64,000 nt of DNA. Source: Acidobacteriota bacterium (lineage in GTDB: Bacteria > Acidobacteriota > Thermoanaerobaculia > Thermoanaerobaculales > Sulfomarinibacteraceae). The stretch covers positions 2,788 through 66,787 of the forward strand of contig WGCW01000044.1 of assembly GCA_015493585.1 (NCBI GenBank), read 5' to 3'. A program made the translations under genes and the position numbers. The notes under the pieces are model-generated. The model was given only the letters and a program-made list of their open reading frames with translations. It was not told the origin of the DNA and searched no databases. Shown here one piece after another: positions 1-9,242 of this stretch. How positions within the stretch are numbered: position 1 is the stretch's first letter; each line of letters begins with the position of its first letter.

Positions 1-6
1 GGGTTC

Positions 7-777
7 ATGGCAGACGTCAGTAATCAGGTTCCCGAAACCAACGAAGGGGATAATTTCTGCGTTGCCCAGGTGACGGTCGGGAGCGGAGGCGTCACGCACT
101 GGCTGATCGCTGGAGCAGCTTCAACCGCCGGAGGCGGCAACAACTGGAAGACCCAGATTTCCATCGTCAACCCCGATACGGCCACCCACACGGCCAACCT
201 GTACTACGTGGCCAAGGGCGCTCCTTGGCCGGGCGTGCTGCTGTCCGGCCCGATCACCCTTGGCCCCAACCAGGCGCGTTTCATCGATGACGTCCTCGCG
301 TCTCTTCGTCCGACGAGCGGCATGCTGTACGTCATCACCGATGCCCCAGGTCCGGTCGTGACGACACGGACGTTCAACGAGGTCAGCGGGGCGGGCCGTT
401 TTGGCCAGGGGATCACGGCGGAGCCGATTGGATCGTCCTGCGTGCCGGAGCTGATCCTCCCGATGGTGCACTCGGTTCCCAACCAGTACTACACGAATCT
501 GGGGCTGGTCCAGGCCGGTGCGGGCTCTTTCTCGGTCGATGTGACGATCTACGCTTCAGATGGGACAGCGCTGGCGAGCACGACCTACACCCAGACGGCG
601 GCCTTCAACCAACTGACCAACATCTTCGATCACATGGGCATCGGCTCGATGGCGGTCACTGGCGGATGGATTCGGATTCGCCTGACCAACGGCTGTCCGG
701 CGCACTGGACCGCGTACGCCTCGATCGTTGACGAGTCGACGGGCGATCCCACCTACGTCGCACCGGTTGTGCCGTAG
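7..777 (+). CDS. C-terminal part of a large secreted/surface protein (end of a CARDB-like repeat plus a conserved beta-rich C-terminal domain); 5' end lies upstream of the window
   Basis: ADVSNQVPETNEGDN resembles the CARDB terminal motif (D.N.V.E.NE.NN). It is followed by WKTQISIVNP...RTFN...FGQG...YTNLGL...AYASIVDESTGDP. The frame is open from the window edge. Confidence 0.65.
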   Translation: MADVSNQVPETNEGDNFCVAQVTVGSGGVTHWLIAGAASTAGGGNNWKTQISIVNPDTATHTANLYYVAKGAPWPGVLLSGPITLGPNQARFIDDVLASLRPTSGMLYVITDAPGPVVTTRTFNEVSGAGRFGQGITAEPIGSSCVPELILPMVHSVPNQYYTNLGLVQAGAGSFSVDVTIYASDGTALASTTYTQTAAFNQLTNIFDHMGIGSMAVTGGWIRIRLTNGCPAHWTAYASIVDESTGDPTYVAPVVP

Positions 778-1130
778 GTTTTCGCCCCCTGAGGCTACGG
801 ATGAGAGGGTTGCCTTCGTCAGGGCGTTTTGGGAACTGAAGCGGCGGAACGGTTGCTCCTGTGAGTGCCGTTCTTAATGGTGAGCCATGACATCCTCCGG
901 AGGACGAGGAGGGCAAGGTTTTGCCGGATGCCATGATCGTGCGGCGGTTATCTTCCGTACTCATGCCGGTTCCATGGAGTGCGGCCATGTTACGGCGGGG
1001 CGTAGATTGATCACAACCATTGCCTTGAAGAAGATGCTTGTGCCTCTTTTCATTGAATCATTGAACGCCGCGAAAATGAGCAGAGCTGTGCCGCGATGAT
1101 CTGGGATCCGGGCTGATACAATCGGGGAGA

Positions 1131-3545
1131 ATGATGTTTTCTTCTCACGGTTTCCGGTTGACAGGCGCCAGCGTGCTTGCGGTCATCGTGCTGGGAGCGT
1201 CTGTCGCCTGGGCCGGGCCGTGGAGCCACCTCCCTCAAGCTATCGCCCGCCTGGCAGCTCATCCCGGCGACCGCAAGGCCCGGCAGGTACTGAGCGCCGT
1301 AGAGCTTTCCCTTGTGAGGGAAGCGCAACGGGACCACCTCGCAGCGGTTCGCTCGCTGCAAAATACCTACGACGAGCTGGTGATGTCGCTTCCCGGCGGA
1401 AACCGCCGGATCACCGCGCTCCATGCGAAGGTAGCCGGTGCGCTCGTTGGGGCTGGAGACCGTGCGTTTGCCGCGCACGATGTGGCGAAAGCCGGGCGTG
1501 CGTGGACGCTCGCGGCTCAGATCGGTGGTGATGGCGCAGCCCTCCAGCGGCTACGCACGTTGCTCGTTCCTCCAGCACATCCGAAGCCTGGCCAATCGTG
1601 GGAGTCCCCCATTGATGGCACGACGTTCATTTGGCAGCCGAAGATGCGCTTCCTCATGGGGTGCACTCCCCGGGACCATGACTGTATGCCCGATGAGAAG
1701 TACCTGCGCTGGGTGACCTCACCCGGCTTTTGGATCGGCCGGACCGAAGTCACAAACGAGCAGTACGCGCGCTGCGTGCACGCTGGCGTGTGCTCGCCGC
1801 CCGCGGACCCGTCCCGCCTCGACGACCTCACGGCTGCGACGCTCCCGGTCGTTGGAGTGACGTGGGACCAGGCAGTCACGTACGTGCAGTGGGCGGGACA
1901 ACGGCTGCCGACTGAAGCCGAGTGGGAGCGCGCCGCCCGGGGGCGGCACCCCAACTGGCGGTTTCCGTGGGGCCGGTCCAAGGAACGGCAACGGGCCAAC
2001 GTGGAGGGCGTAGAAGGCACCGACGTTTTTCCCGGGCTGGCTCCCGTTGCGTCATTCCCGGCGACAGGATGGGGACTCTACGATATGGCGGGCAACGTCT
2101 GGGAGTGGTGCCAGGATCCGTATCACAAGAATCTGATACAGGCTCCGCGCGATGGATCGGCCTGGCTCGAAGGCGGGATTGGCCACGTCGTTCGCGGTGG
2201 CTCGTGGCGGCGGACGATCCGGCTCGCACGGGTCTCGGCGCGCTCCTGGCACGAGGCCTGGTATTACGCTGATGATCTTGGTTTTCGTGGCGTCATCAGC
2301 GGGAGCGTTCCAGACGCCGATGTTCTGGCGACGGCGAAAACAGCCTATGCCCTCCGGGTTCCTCCCGGGCACGACCTCGACAATGCCAGTCTCGATACCG
2401 CTGACCAGCGCTACTTGCAGCGGCGGGCGGTGACCTGGCTGCTGGTCGAGGGGAGGCCGTGGGAGGCGCTCCCCAAGGTTGCTGCTCTCCTGGGACGGGA
2501 TCCTGACGACCCAATCTCAAAGGATCTACTCGATCACCTGGCCACGCGGCTGGCCCGTGAGGCGGCTCACGAGAGTCCGGACGCCCTTCAACGCGCCGTC
2601 GAGAGCTGCCAACACGTCATGCGGCGGGCGCAGCTCACGGCACGGCGTCTCCCAATGCTCAACGCCCGCCTCGCTCAGGCGCTCAAGACAGCAGGACAGG
2701 AACGGCGGCAAACGGGAGACACCCGGGGCGCAGCTGCGTGCTTCAAACTCGCGCTGCACCTGGTGCCTCATGATCAGGAGGTGGCACGGCTCCTCCGGGA
2801 TGTGACGCCACGGCTCGGAACGATCTGCCGCTGGCCCGGCGATGGGCGAATGATGATCTGGATCCCACACGGTTCGTTCCTGATGGGCCGTGGCCGGGGC
2901 GACGACGAAGCCATGACGGATGAAGAACCTGCCAGGACTGTACGGGTGCACGGATTCTGGATGGACCGTACCGAGGTCACCAACGCCGCGTACAAGGTGT
3001 GCGTCAAAGATGGTGTCTGCACGCCCCCAAAACGCAGGAAATGGTACGACAATCCGGAAGACGCGGATCATCCGGTGGTCGGCGTGACCTGGTTCCAGGC
3101 GTGGACCTACGCTCATTGGGCGGGGAAGCGTCTCCCAACCGAGGCTGAATGGGAGTACGCCGCACGGGCCGGGTCGACGAGCCGCTACCCATGGGGCAAT
3201 GACTGGAAAAACGGGATGGGCAACGCGTTTGGTGCGGTTGGCAAGGATTTCTGGGGGGGGACAGCGCCAGTTGGGAGTTTCCCCCCGAACCGTTGGGGTC
3301 TGGTAGATATGATTGGGAACGCGCTCGAATGGGTCGAGGACGTCTTCCACGACAGCTATCAGAACGGTCCCGACAATTGGCGGGCCTGGAATCAACTGAC
3401 CGGGCCGCAGCGGGCAAGGCAACGGGTCCTTCGTGGTGGCGGATACAACGATTTTGCCCCAAAGTTGCGGGTTTCGGCACGGGCGCATCAAAAGCCGGAC
3501 GAGTGGACGAACGCCTCCGGTTTCAGATGCGCCGCCGACCAGTAG
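1131..3545 (+). CDS. Exported protein with TPR-like helical regions and two FGE-sulfatase (SUMF1/CLec-fold) domains
   Basis: N-terminal signal peptide; two copies of F.MG...TEVTN..Y...PVVGVTW..A..Y..WAG.RLPTEAEWE.AAR...DM.GN..EW..D...RGG....GFR. Confidence 0.85.
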   Translation: MMFSSHGFRLTGASVLAVIVLGASVAWAGPWSHLPQAIARLAAHPGDRKARQVLSAVELSLVREAQRDHLAAVRSLQNTYDELVMSLPGGNRRITALHAKVAGALVGAGDRAFAAHDVAKAGRAWTLAAQIGGDGAALQRLRTLLVPPAHPKPGQSWESPIDGTTFIWQPKMRFLMGCTPRDHDCMPDEKYLRWVTSPGFWIGRTEVTNEQYARCVHAGVCSPPADPSRLDDLTAATLPVVGVTWDQAVTYVQWAGQRLPTEAEWERAARGRHPNWRFPWGRSKERQRANVEGVEGTDVFPGLAPVASFPATGWGLYDMAGNVWEWCQDPYHKNLIQAPRDGSAWLEGGIGHVVRGGSWRRTIRLARVSARSWHEAWYYADDLGFRGVISGSVPDADVLATAKTAYALRVPPGHDLDNASLDTADQRYLQRRAVTWLLVEGRPWEALPKVAALLGRDPDDPISKDLLDHLATRLAREAAHESPDALQRAVESCQHVMRRAQLTARRLPMLNARLAQALKTAGQERRQTGDTRGAAACFKLALHLVPHDQEVARLLRDVTPRLGTICRWPGDGRMMIWIPHGSFLMGRGRGDDEAMTDEEPARTVRVHGFWMDRTEVTNAAYKVCVKDGVCTPPKRRKWYDNPEDADHPVVGVTWFQAWTYAHWAGKRLPTEAEWEYAARAGSTSRYPWGNDWKNGMGNAFGAVGKDFWGGTAPVGSFPPNRWGLVDMIGNALEWVEDVFHDSYQNGPDNWRAWNQLTGPQRARQRVLRGGGYNDFAPKLRVSARAHQKPDEWTNASGFRCAADQ

Positions 3546-3603
3546 ACTCGCGGACGCCGATTCCTGACCGCGACCACAGGAGATCGCGAGTGAATGATGC
3601 GCG

Positions 3604-4746
3604 CTATAAGCCGGCCTTTTCCAAAATGCGATCGAGAGCTGCCATCTCGCCCTTCGTCACGTAGAAGTGCGGGGAAAACCTGACGTACCCCTGGCGAACC
3701 GAGCAGATTACGTGCCGGTCGCGCAGACGTTCCACCGCGTCTTGGGGTGCGACTTTTGGGGGACGGCCCGCGACAATCCCGGCTATTGGGTGACCGGAGC
3801 CCGGAGAGTAGAGCTCCCAACCATGCGCGAGCAAAATCCGGGTCAGAAGGCGGGAGAGCATCTCGATCCTGCCGGAGATGATGCCTGGCCCGACCTGGGT
3901 CAGGAGATCAAGGGCGGCCGCCAACCCTGCCAGGCCGATCCCGTTAGGCGAGCCGGGCTCGAAACGCCTTCCATCCTGGAAGAACGAGAGGCGATGGAGG
4001 AAGTAATCGTTCCGTTCAAGCTCGACGTTCCGCCACCCTGACATCACTGGTTCAAGCCGGGTGCGGATCTCCGGGCTCAATGCCATCAGCCCCTGGCCTT
4101 CCGGTCCCAGGAGCCACTTGTGCCCATCGGCAATGACGGCGCCTGCACCGAGCCGCCGCATATTGATCTCGATGGCGCCAAGCCCTTGAATGGCATCGAT
4201 GACGAGGAGGATCCCTCGCGCCGCACACAGTGCCGCCAGCTCCTCCAGGGGCGCAACCCACCCTGTGTGAAAGGCGACCCAGGACACGGCCAGCACCCTG
4301 GTCGAAGCCGTGATCAACGGCTCGACCGCTTCAGTTCGGATTCTTCCGTCTGGTTGCGCGTACCGTACGATGCGAACACCCAGGCGTTTGAGGTGCAGCC
4401 ACGGAGCCACGTTCGCGGCGAACTCCTCCTCCCCGATCAGCACCTCGTCTCCGGCACCGAGCCCGAGCCCTTCCGCCACCAAGCTGAGCCCCACCGATGT
4501 GCTTGTGACGAGCGAGATATCTTCCGCCGCGCAGCCGATGAGCTGAGCGCCGAGATGGCGGCAGGTCATCGCATGCTGACGCCACGCGTCAAGCGGCGTT
4601 CCTCCGCCAAGCTCCTGCTCCTCGATCCGGTGCCGCATCGCCTCAGCGACCGGCCGCGGCAACGGTGCGAGCGCGGCGTGATCCAGGTACAGGAACCGTT
4701 CCCTGACCGGAAAGCTCTCCAGCCATGCGCCGATCTCGAAGCTCAT
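3604..4746 (-). CDS. Class V PLP-dependent aminotransferase / cysteine desulfurase-like enzyme
   Basis: YLDHAA, DAIQGLG, DGHKWLLGPEG (PLP lysine), RFSPHFY. Confidence 0.85.
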   Translation of the reverse strand: MSFEIGAWLESFPVRERFLYLDHAALAPLPRPVAEAMRHRIEEQELGGGTPLDAWRQHAMTCRHLGAQLIGCAAEDISLVTSTSVGLSLVAEGLGLGAGDEVLIGEEEFAANVAPWLHLKRLGVRIVRYAQPDGRIRTEAVEPLITASTRVLAVSWVAFHTGWVAPLEELAALCAARGILLVIDAIQGLGAIEINMRRLGAGAVIADGHKWLLGPEGQGLMALSPEIRTRLEPVMSGWRNVELERNDYFLHRLSFFQDGRRFEPGSPNGIGLAGLAAALDLLTQVGPGIISGRIEMLSRLLTRILLAHGWELYSPGSGHPIAGIVAGRPPKVAPQDAVERLRDRHVICSVRQGYVRFSPHFYVTKGEMAALDRILEKAGL

Positions 4747-4842
4747 ACCCGCATCATACCCGAGCCCCTGGACGCCGGCTGCCGGCGGGTGAGCCTCGAC
4801 GCCTGGCGTCTTTCACCTGACGATGCCGATGTATCGAGTACG

Positions 4843-4870
4843 AAAAAGGCCGCTTCCGAAGAGGCGACCT
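4843..4870 (-). terminator. Probable intrinsic terminator downstream of tRNA-Arg
   Basis: Minus strand AGGTCGCCTC-TTCG-GAAGCGGCCT-TTTT: imperfect stem, UUCG loop, short U-tract. Confidence 0.55.
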
Positions 4871-4886
4871 AAGTACTTGAAAACAA

Positions 4887-4963
4887 TGGCGCGCCGGAAG
4901 GGACTCGAACCCCTAACCCCCTGATCCGTAGTCAGGTGCTCTATCCAATTGAGCCACCGGCGC
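4887..4963 (-). tRNA. tRNA-Arg (anticodon ACG)
   Basis: Reverse complement GCGCCGG-TGGCTCAATTGGATAGAGCA-CCTGA-CTACGGA-TCAGG-GGGTT-AGGGGTTCGAGTCCCTT-CCGGCGC-GCCA; 77 nt cloverleaf with encoded CCA. Confidence 0.97.
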
Positions 4964-5251
4964 AGCCGGAGGGAAACAAAATATGCCACAGGTTCCTGAG
5001 GATTGCAACAATCGCGGCGCTTTCTTGCTCTTCACCTTCCGTTTCGGGGAAGCGGTGGAGGATGAACCCGTTGTGCGCGGAAGTGTGCGGGTCAGTGACG
5101 TTTGTCAGACCGCAACTGAGGCGGTCATAAAGCAAGGTGTCCGTGTCAAGGCGATGGGAGCACCGGCCCATCTGTAGTGACAGCGATCGCCGGGGGATCT
5201 GATGGCTGAGGTGGGCTGGCGCTTGGAAGGGATCCCTGATACAACCTGAAC

Positions 5252-8200
5252 ATGCGTGTGCGCCACTTTTTCCGCTCGCCTGGCCTGCCGCCGAACCGGA
5301 CCGCGCCGCTGCTGGAACGGGTGCGCCGGGAGGTGATCACAGGTCTTGAAGGGATCGAGACCGAAGTCTGTTTCAACGTTGCGCTCGACCGGGAGCTGAG
5401 CGCCGGGGAAACCGCCGTGCTCAGGTGGTTGCTGTCGGAGACGTTCGATCCCGCCGGGTTCGCATCCACGAGCTTCCTCGATTCGGCCCGTGGCCCCGTG
5501 CTCGAGGTCGGACCGAGGATGACGTTCACGACCGCATGGTCGACCAACGCCGTCTCGATCTGCCACGCCTGCGGGCTCGATGCGGTCCGCAGGATCGAGC
5601 GTTCCCGGCGGTACCTGCTGGCCGGGGTGACATCGCTCGATGCGGAGCAGGAACGCAGGTTCTTCGAACTCGTGCATGACCGGATGACCGAATGCCCCTA
5701 CCCGGAACCACTGACATCGTTCGAGACCGGCATCGAACCAGAGCCCGTGCACGTGGTTCCCGTCCTCGAGGAGGGACGGGCGGCGCTCGAGCGGCTCAAC
5801 CGGATGATGGGGCTGGCGTTCGACGAGGCCGATCTTTCCTACTACACCACGCTCTTTGCCGAAAAGCTGCGCCGGAACCCAACGGACGTTGAGCTTTTTG
5901 ACATCGCCCAGTCCAACAGTGAGCACTCCCGCCACTGGTTCTTCAAGGGCCGTCTCCTCATCGATGGTGAGGAGATGCCGCACTCACTGATGCAGGTCGT
6001 CAAGGCGCCACTCGACGCCAATCCGAACAACAGCGTCATCGCGTTTGCCGATAACTCGAGCTCGATCCGCGGGTTCACAACGCCGGCAGTGATCCCGGAG
6101 CGCCCGGGCCAGCCGGGTCCACTGATCTCCCGCACGCTCGACCTCGATGTCATCTTCACCGCGGAGACCCACAACTTCCCCTCCGGCGTTGCACCGTTTC
6201 CTGGAGCTGAGACGGGATCCGGCGGACGGATCCGGGACACTCATGCCGCCGGGCGCGGGTCGCTCGTCGTGGCGGGCACCGCCGGCTATTGCGTCGGCAA
6301 TCTCCAGATCCCTGGAGAACCGGTGCCGTGGGAGGACCAGACATTCGAGTATCCGCAAACCCTGGCCTCCCCGCTCGAGATCGAGATCGAGGCGTCCAAC
6401 GGCGCGTCGGACTACGGCAACAAGTTCGGCGAGCCGCTGATCGCCGGATTCACCCGGTCGTACGGGCTGAGGCTGCCGTCCGGAGAACGTCGCGAGTGGA
6501 TCAAGCCGATCATGTTTTCGGGGGGCATCGGGCTCATTGATCACCGGCATTCCCATAAGGACGATCCCGAGCCAGGCATGCTGGTCGTCAAGGTTGGCGG
6601 ACCGGCGTACCGGATTGGGATGGGCGGTGGCGCCGCATCCTCGATGGTCCAGGGGGAGAATGCGGACGAGCTCGATTTCAACGCCGTCCAGCGCGGCGAT
6701 GCCGAGATGGAGCAGAAGCTCAACCGCGTGATTCGCGCCTGCTCGGAGCTTGGGGACGCCAATCCGATCGTCTCGATTCACGACCAGGGAGCCGGTGGCA
6801 ACTGTAACGTTCTCAAGGAGATCGTCGCTCCAGCCGGGGCGCGCATTGAGATCCGTTCCATCCCAGTCGGTGATGAAACGCTCTCCGTGCTGGAGATCTG
6901 GGGGGCCGAGTATCAAGAGAACGATGCGCTGCTCATCCGCCCCGGGCATGCGGAGCTCTTCCGCGCCCTGTGCGAGCGCGAGCAGGTCCCGTTCGCGTTC
7001 GTTGGAACGGTCACCGGGGACGGCCGGATCGTTGTCCACGATGAACGGGACGATACGGCGCCGGTCGATCTCGATCTCGAGGATGTGCTCGGCGACATGC
7101 CCCGCAAGACGTTCAACCTCGAACGGATCGAGCCCGAGCTCCAACCGGTGCGTCTCCCCGGCGGGACCGGTATCCGTGAGGCGCTCGACCGGGTGCTGCG
7201 GGTGCTGGCGGTCGGCTCAAAGCGGTTCTTGACGACCAAAGTCGACCGCGCGGTGACGGGGCTCGTGGCCCGCCAGCAGTGTGCTGGCCCGCTCCAGCTC
7301 ACCGTGTCCGATGTCGCCGTTATCGCGAGCAGCCACAACGCAATCACCGGAGGGGCGACGGCGATCGGCGAGCAACCGCTGAAGGGCTTGATCGATCCGG
7401 CCGCGATGGCCCGCATGAGCGTCGGCGAGGCGTTGACCAACCTGGTGTGGGCGCGCGTGACCGCGCTCGAAGACGTCCGTTGCTCGGCCAACTGGATGTG
7501 GGCGGCCAAGCTCCCCGGGGAGGGCGCGCGCCTGTGGGACGCCGCCGTCGCCATGCGGGACCTGATGCTTGAGCTGGGGATTGCCGTCGACGGCGGGAAG
7601 GACAGCCTCTCGATGGCCGCCCTGGCCCCGGCACCGGGCGGAGGAACCGAAACGGTCAAGGCGCCGGGAGCGCTGGTCATTTCGGCGTACTGCACCTGCC
7701 CCGACATCACGGCGACGGTGACGCCGGATTTGGAGCTGCCCGGGAGCGGCCGGCTGATCCTGATCGATCTCGGATCGGGCCGGAACCGCCTCGGCGGCTC
7801 GGCGCTCGCCCAAGCTTTCGGGCAGACCGGCAACGAGGTTCCTGATGTTGACGATCCATCGCTCTTGGCGCGTAGCTTCAACGCTGTGCAGGAGCTTGTG
7901 GCAAAGGGTCTCATCACCGCCGGCCACGACCGTTCGGACGGCGGTCTGATCACGACCCTGCTCGAGATGGCGTTTGCCGGCAACTGCGGGCTGGCCGCCG
8001 ACATTCCAAGCGCAGGCGCCGGCCCGCTCGCTGCCCTCTTTGCCGAAGAGCTGGGGTTCGTGCTCGAAGTCTCCCAGGAGCATCTGGAAGAAGTAGGCGA
8101 TATTCTCAAGGCCCACGATGTTCCGGCGGTGGCCATCGGCGCCACCCTCGAGGAGCCACGGATCCGGGTCCGGGCCGATGGGGAGCTCATCCTCGACGAG

Positions 8201-9172
8201 GACATGCGCACCCTGCGCGATGCATGGGAGGCGACCTCCTTTGCCCTCGAACGGTTGCAGGCGGACCCGGCGTGCGTCGAGCAGGAACGGTCCGGGCTTG
8301 CCTCGCGCACGGCCCCGGCGTTTTCACTCTCCTTCCAGCCGCAGCCCACGGCTCCCGCTCTCCTTGCCAGACGTGGCAGCTGTCCGGTCGCCGTCCTGCG
8401 GGAGGAGGGCTCCAACTCCGACCGTGAGATGGCAGCCGCCCTGGCGGCCGCCGGTTTCGAGCCGTGGGACGTGACGATGTCCGACCTCCTCGCCGGCCGG
8501 ATCACGCTCGATCGCTTCCGGGGGCTCGTCGCCGTCGGCGGCTTCTCCTACGCCGATGTCCTGGACTCGGCCAAGGGGTGGGCCGGCGTCATCCGCTTCA
8601 ACGAGGCGTTGCGCGAGGAGTTCAGCGCCTTTGCTGACCGGGACGACACCTTCATGCTCGGCGTCTGTAACGGCTGCCAGCTCTTTGCGCTCCTCGGTCT
8701 CGTGCCGTGGCGTGGGATCCCGGACACCGTGCAACCCCGCTTCATCCAGAACACTTCCGGACGCTTCGAGTCGCGCTTTGCCACCGTCCGCATCTTGGAG
8801 AGCCCGTCGATCTTTTTGCGCGGGATGGAAGGCTCCGTGCTCGGTATTTGGCTGCAGCACGGCGAGGGCCGGGCACACTTCCCAGATCACACCATCCTTG
8901 ACAGAGTCGAAGCCGAAAAGCTGGCCCCCGTCCGGTACGCGAACGATGCGGGCGAGCCAACCGCTGACTATCCGTTCAACCCGAACGGATCGCCGCACGG
9001 CATCGCTGCGCTGACCTCTCCGGACGGCCGCATCCTGGCGATCATGCCGCATCCCGAGCGGACCTTCCTGACGTGGCAGTGGGGATGGATGCCGCCACAC
9101 TGGCGCCGGGAGCTCGAGGCCTCTCCCTGGCTCAGGTTCTTCCAGAACGCGCGTGCCTGGTGCGGAAGATGA
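5252..9172 (+). CDS. purL: Phosphoribosylformylglycinamidine synthase, large fused form (PurL)
   Basis: 1306 aa; NSEHSRHWFF, ETHNFPS..APFPGAETG.GGRIRD, IHDQGAGG, DGGKDSLSM, HDRSDGG; C-terminal glutaminase GGFSYAD/GVCNGCQ/MPHPER. Confidence 0.97.
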   Translation: MRVRHFFRSPGLPPNRTAPLLERVRREVITGLEGIETEVCFNVALDRELSAGETAVLRWLLSETFDPAGFASTSFLDSARGPVLEVGPRMTFTTAWSTNAVSICHACGLDAVRRIERSRRYLLAGVTSLDAEQERRFFELVHDRMTECPYPEPLTSFETGIEPEPVHVVPVLEEGRAALERLNRMMGLAFDEADLSYYTTLFAEKLRRNPTDVELFDIAQSNSEHSRHWFFKGRLLIDGEEMPHSLMQVVKAPLDANPNNSVIAFADNSSSIRGFTTPAVIPERPGQPGPLISRTLDLDVIFTAETHNFPSGVAPFPGAETGSGGRIRDTHAAGRGSLVVAGTAGYCVGNLQIPGEPVPWEDQTFEYPQTLASPLEIEIEASNGASDYGNKFGEPLIAGFTRSYGLRLPSGERREWIKPIMFSGGIGLIDHRHSHKDDPEPGMLVVKVGGPAYRIGMGGGAASSMVQGENADELDFNAVQRGDAEMEQKLNRVIRACSELGDANPIVSIHDQGAGGNCNVLKEIVAPAGARIEIRSIPVGDETLSVLEIWGAEYQENDALLIRPGHAELFRALCEREQVPFAFVGTVTGDGRIVVHDERDDTAPVDLDLEDVLGDMPRKTFNLERIEPELQPVRLPGGTGIREALDRVLRVLAVGSKRFLTTKVDRAVTGLVARQQCAGPLQLTVSDVAVIASSHNAITGGATAIGEQPLKGLIDPAAMARMSVGEALTNLVWARVTALEDVRCSANWMWAAKLPGEGARLWDAAVAMRDLMLELGIAVDGGKDSLSMAALAPAPGGGTETVKAPGALVISAYCTCPDITATVTPDLELPGSGRLILIDLGSGRNRLGGSALAQAFGQTGNEVPDVDDPSLLARSFNAVQELVAKGLITAGHDRSDGGLITTLLEMAFAGNCGLAADIPSAGAGPLAALFAEELGFVLEVSQEHLEEVGDILKAHDVPAVAIGATLEEPRIRVRADGELILDEDMRTLRDAWEATSFALERLQADPACVEQERSGLASRTAPAFSLSFQPQPTAPALLARRGSCPVAVLREEGSNSDREMAAALAAAGFEPWDVTMSDLLAGRITLDRFRGLVAVGGFSYADVLDSAKGWAGVIRFNEALREEFSAFADRDDTFMLGVCNGCQLFALLGLVPWRGIPDTVQPRFIQNTSGRFESRFATVRILESPSIFLRGMEGSVLGIWLQHGEGRAHFPDHTILDRVEAEKLAPVRYANDAGEPTADYPFNPNGSPHGIAALTSPDGRILAIMPHPERTFLTWQWGWMPPHWRRELEASPWLRFFQNARAWCGR

Positions 9173-9242
9173 CGCGGGAGGGGGATTCGTGCGATCATGT
9201 GAAAAACCGGACGATGCGTTCCGGCATTTCGACATGAGGTGA

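Noticed and set aside
1131-3545. Diversity-generating retroelement target (CLec-fold ends)
   Set aside because: No template repeat differing at adenines and no reverse transcriptase seen in the window.
1131-4746. FGE-domain gene next to a class V PLP enzyme as an ergothioneine (EgtB/EgtE) cluster
   Set aside because: The genes are convergent, the FGE protein is exported and lacks the DinB HxxxH iron domain, and there is no egtD.
4870-4963. tRNA-Arg as an integration site (IHF-like TTTCAAGTACTTA next to its 3' end)
   Set aside because: No integrase nearby and no duplicated tRNA 3' end noticed in the window; the flanking genes look chromosomal.
4964-5251. ZTP or purine riboswitch upstream of purL
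   Set aside because: Could not find the conserved aptamer sequences by eye; an Rfam scan would settle it.
6913-8505. 530-aa antisense ORF in purL, and similar long shadows (9717-11204, 34023-35462, 59292-60869)
   Set aside because: They overlap well-supported genes, have low-complexity Arg/Ala/Ser or antisense-typical composition, and are expected in high-GC DNA.
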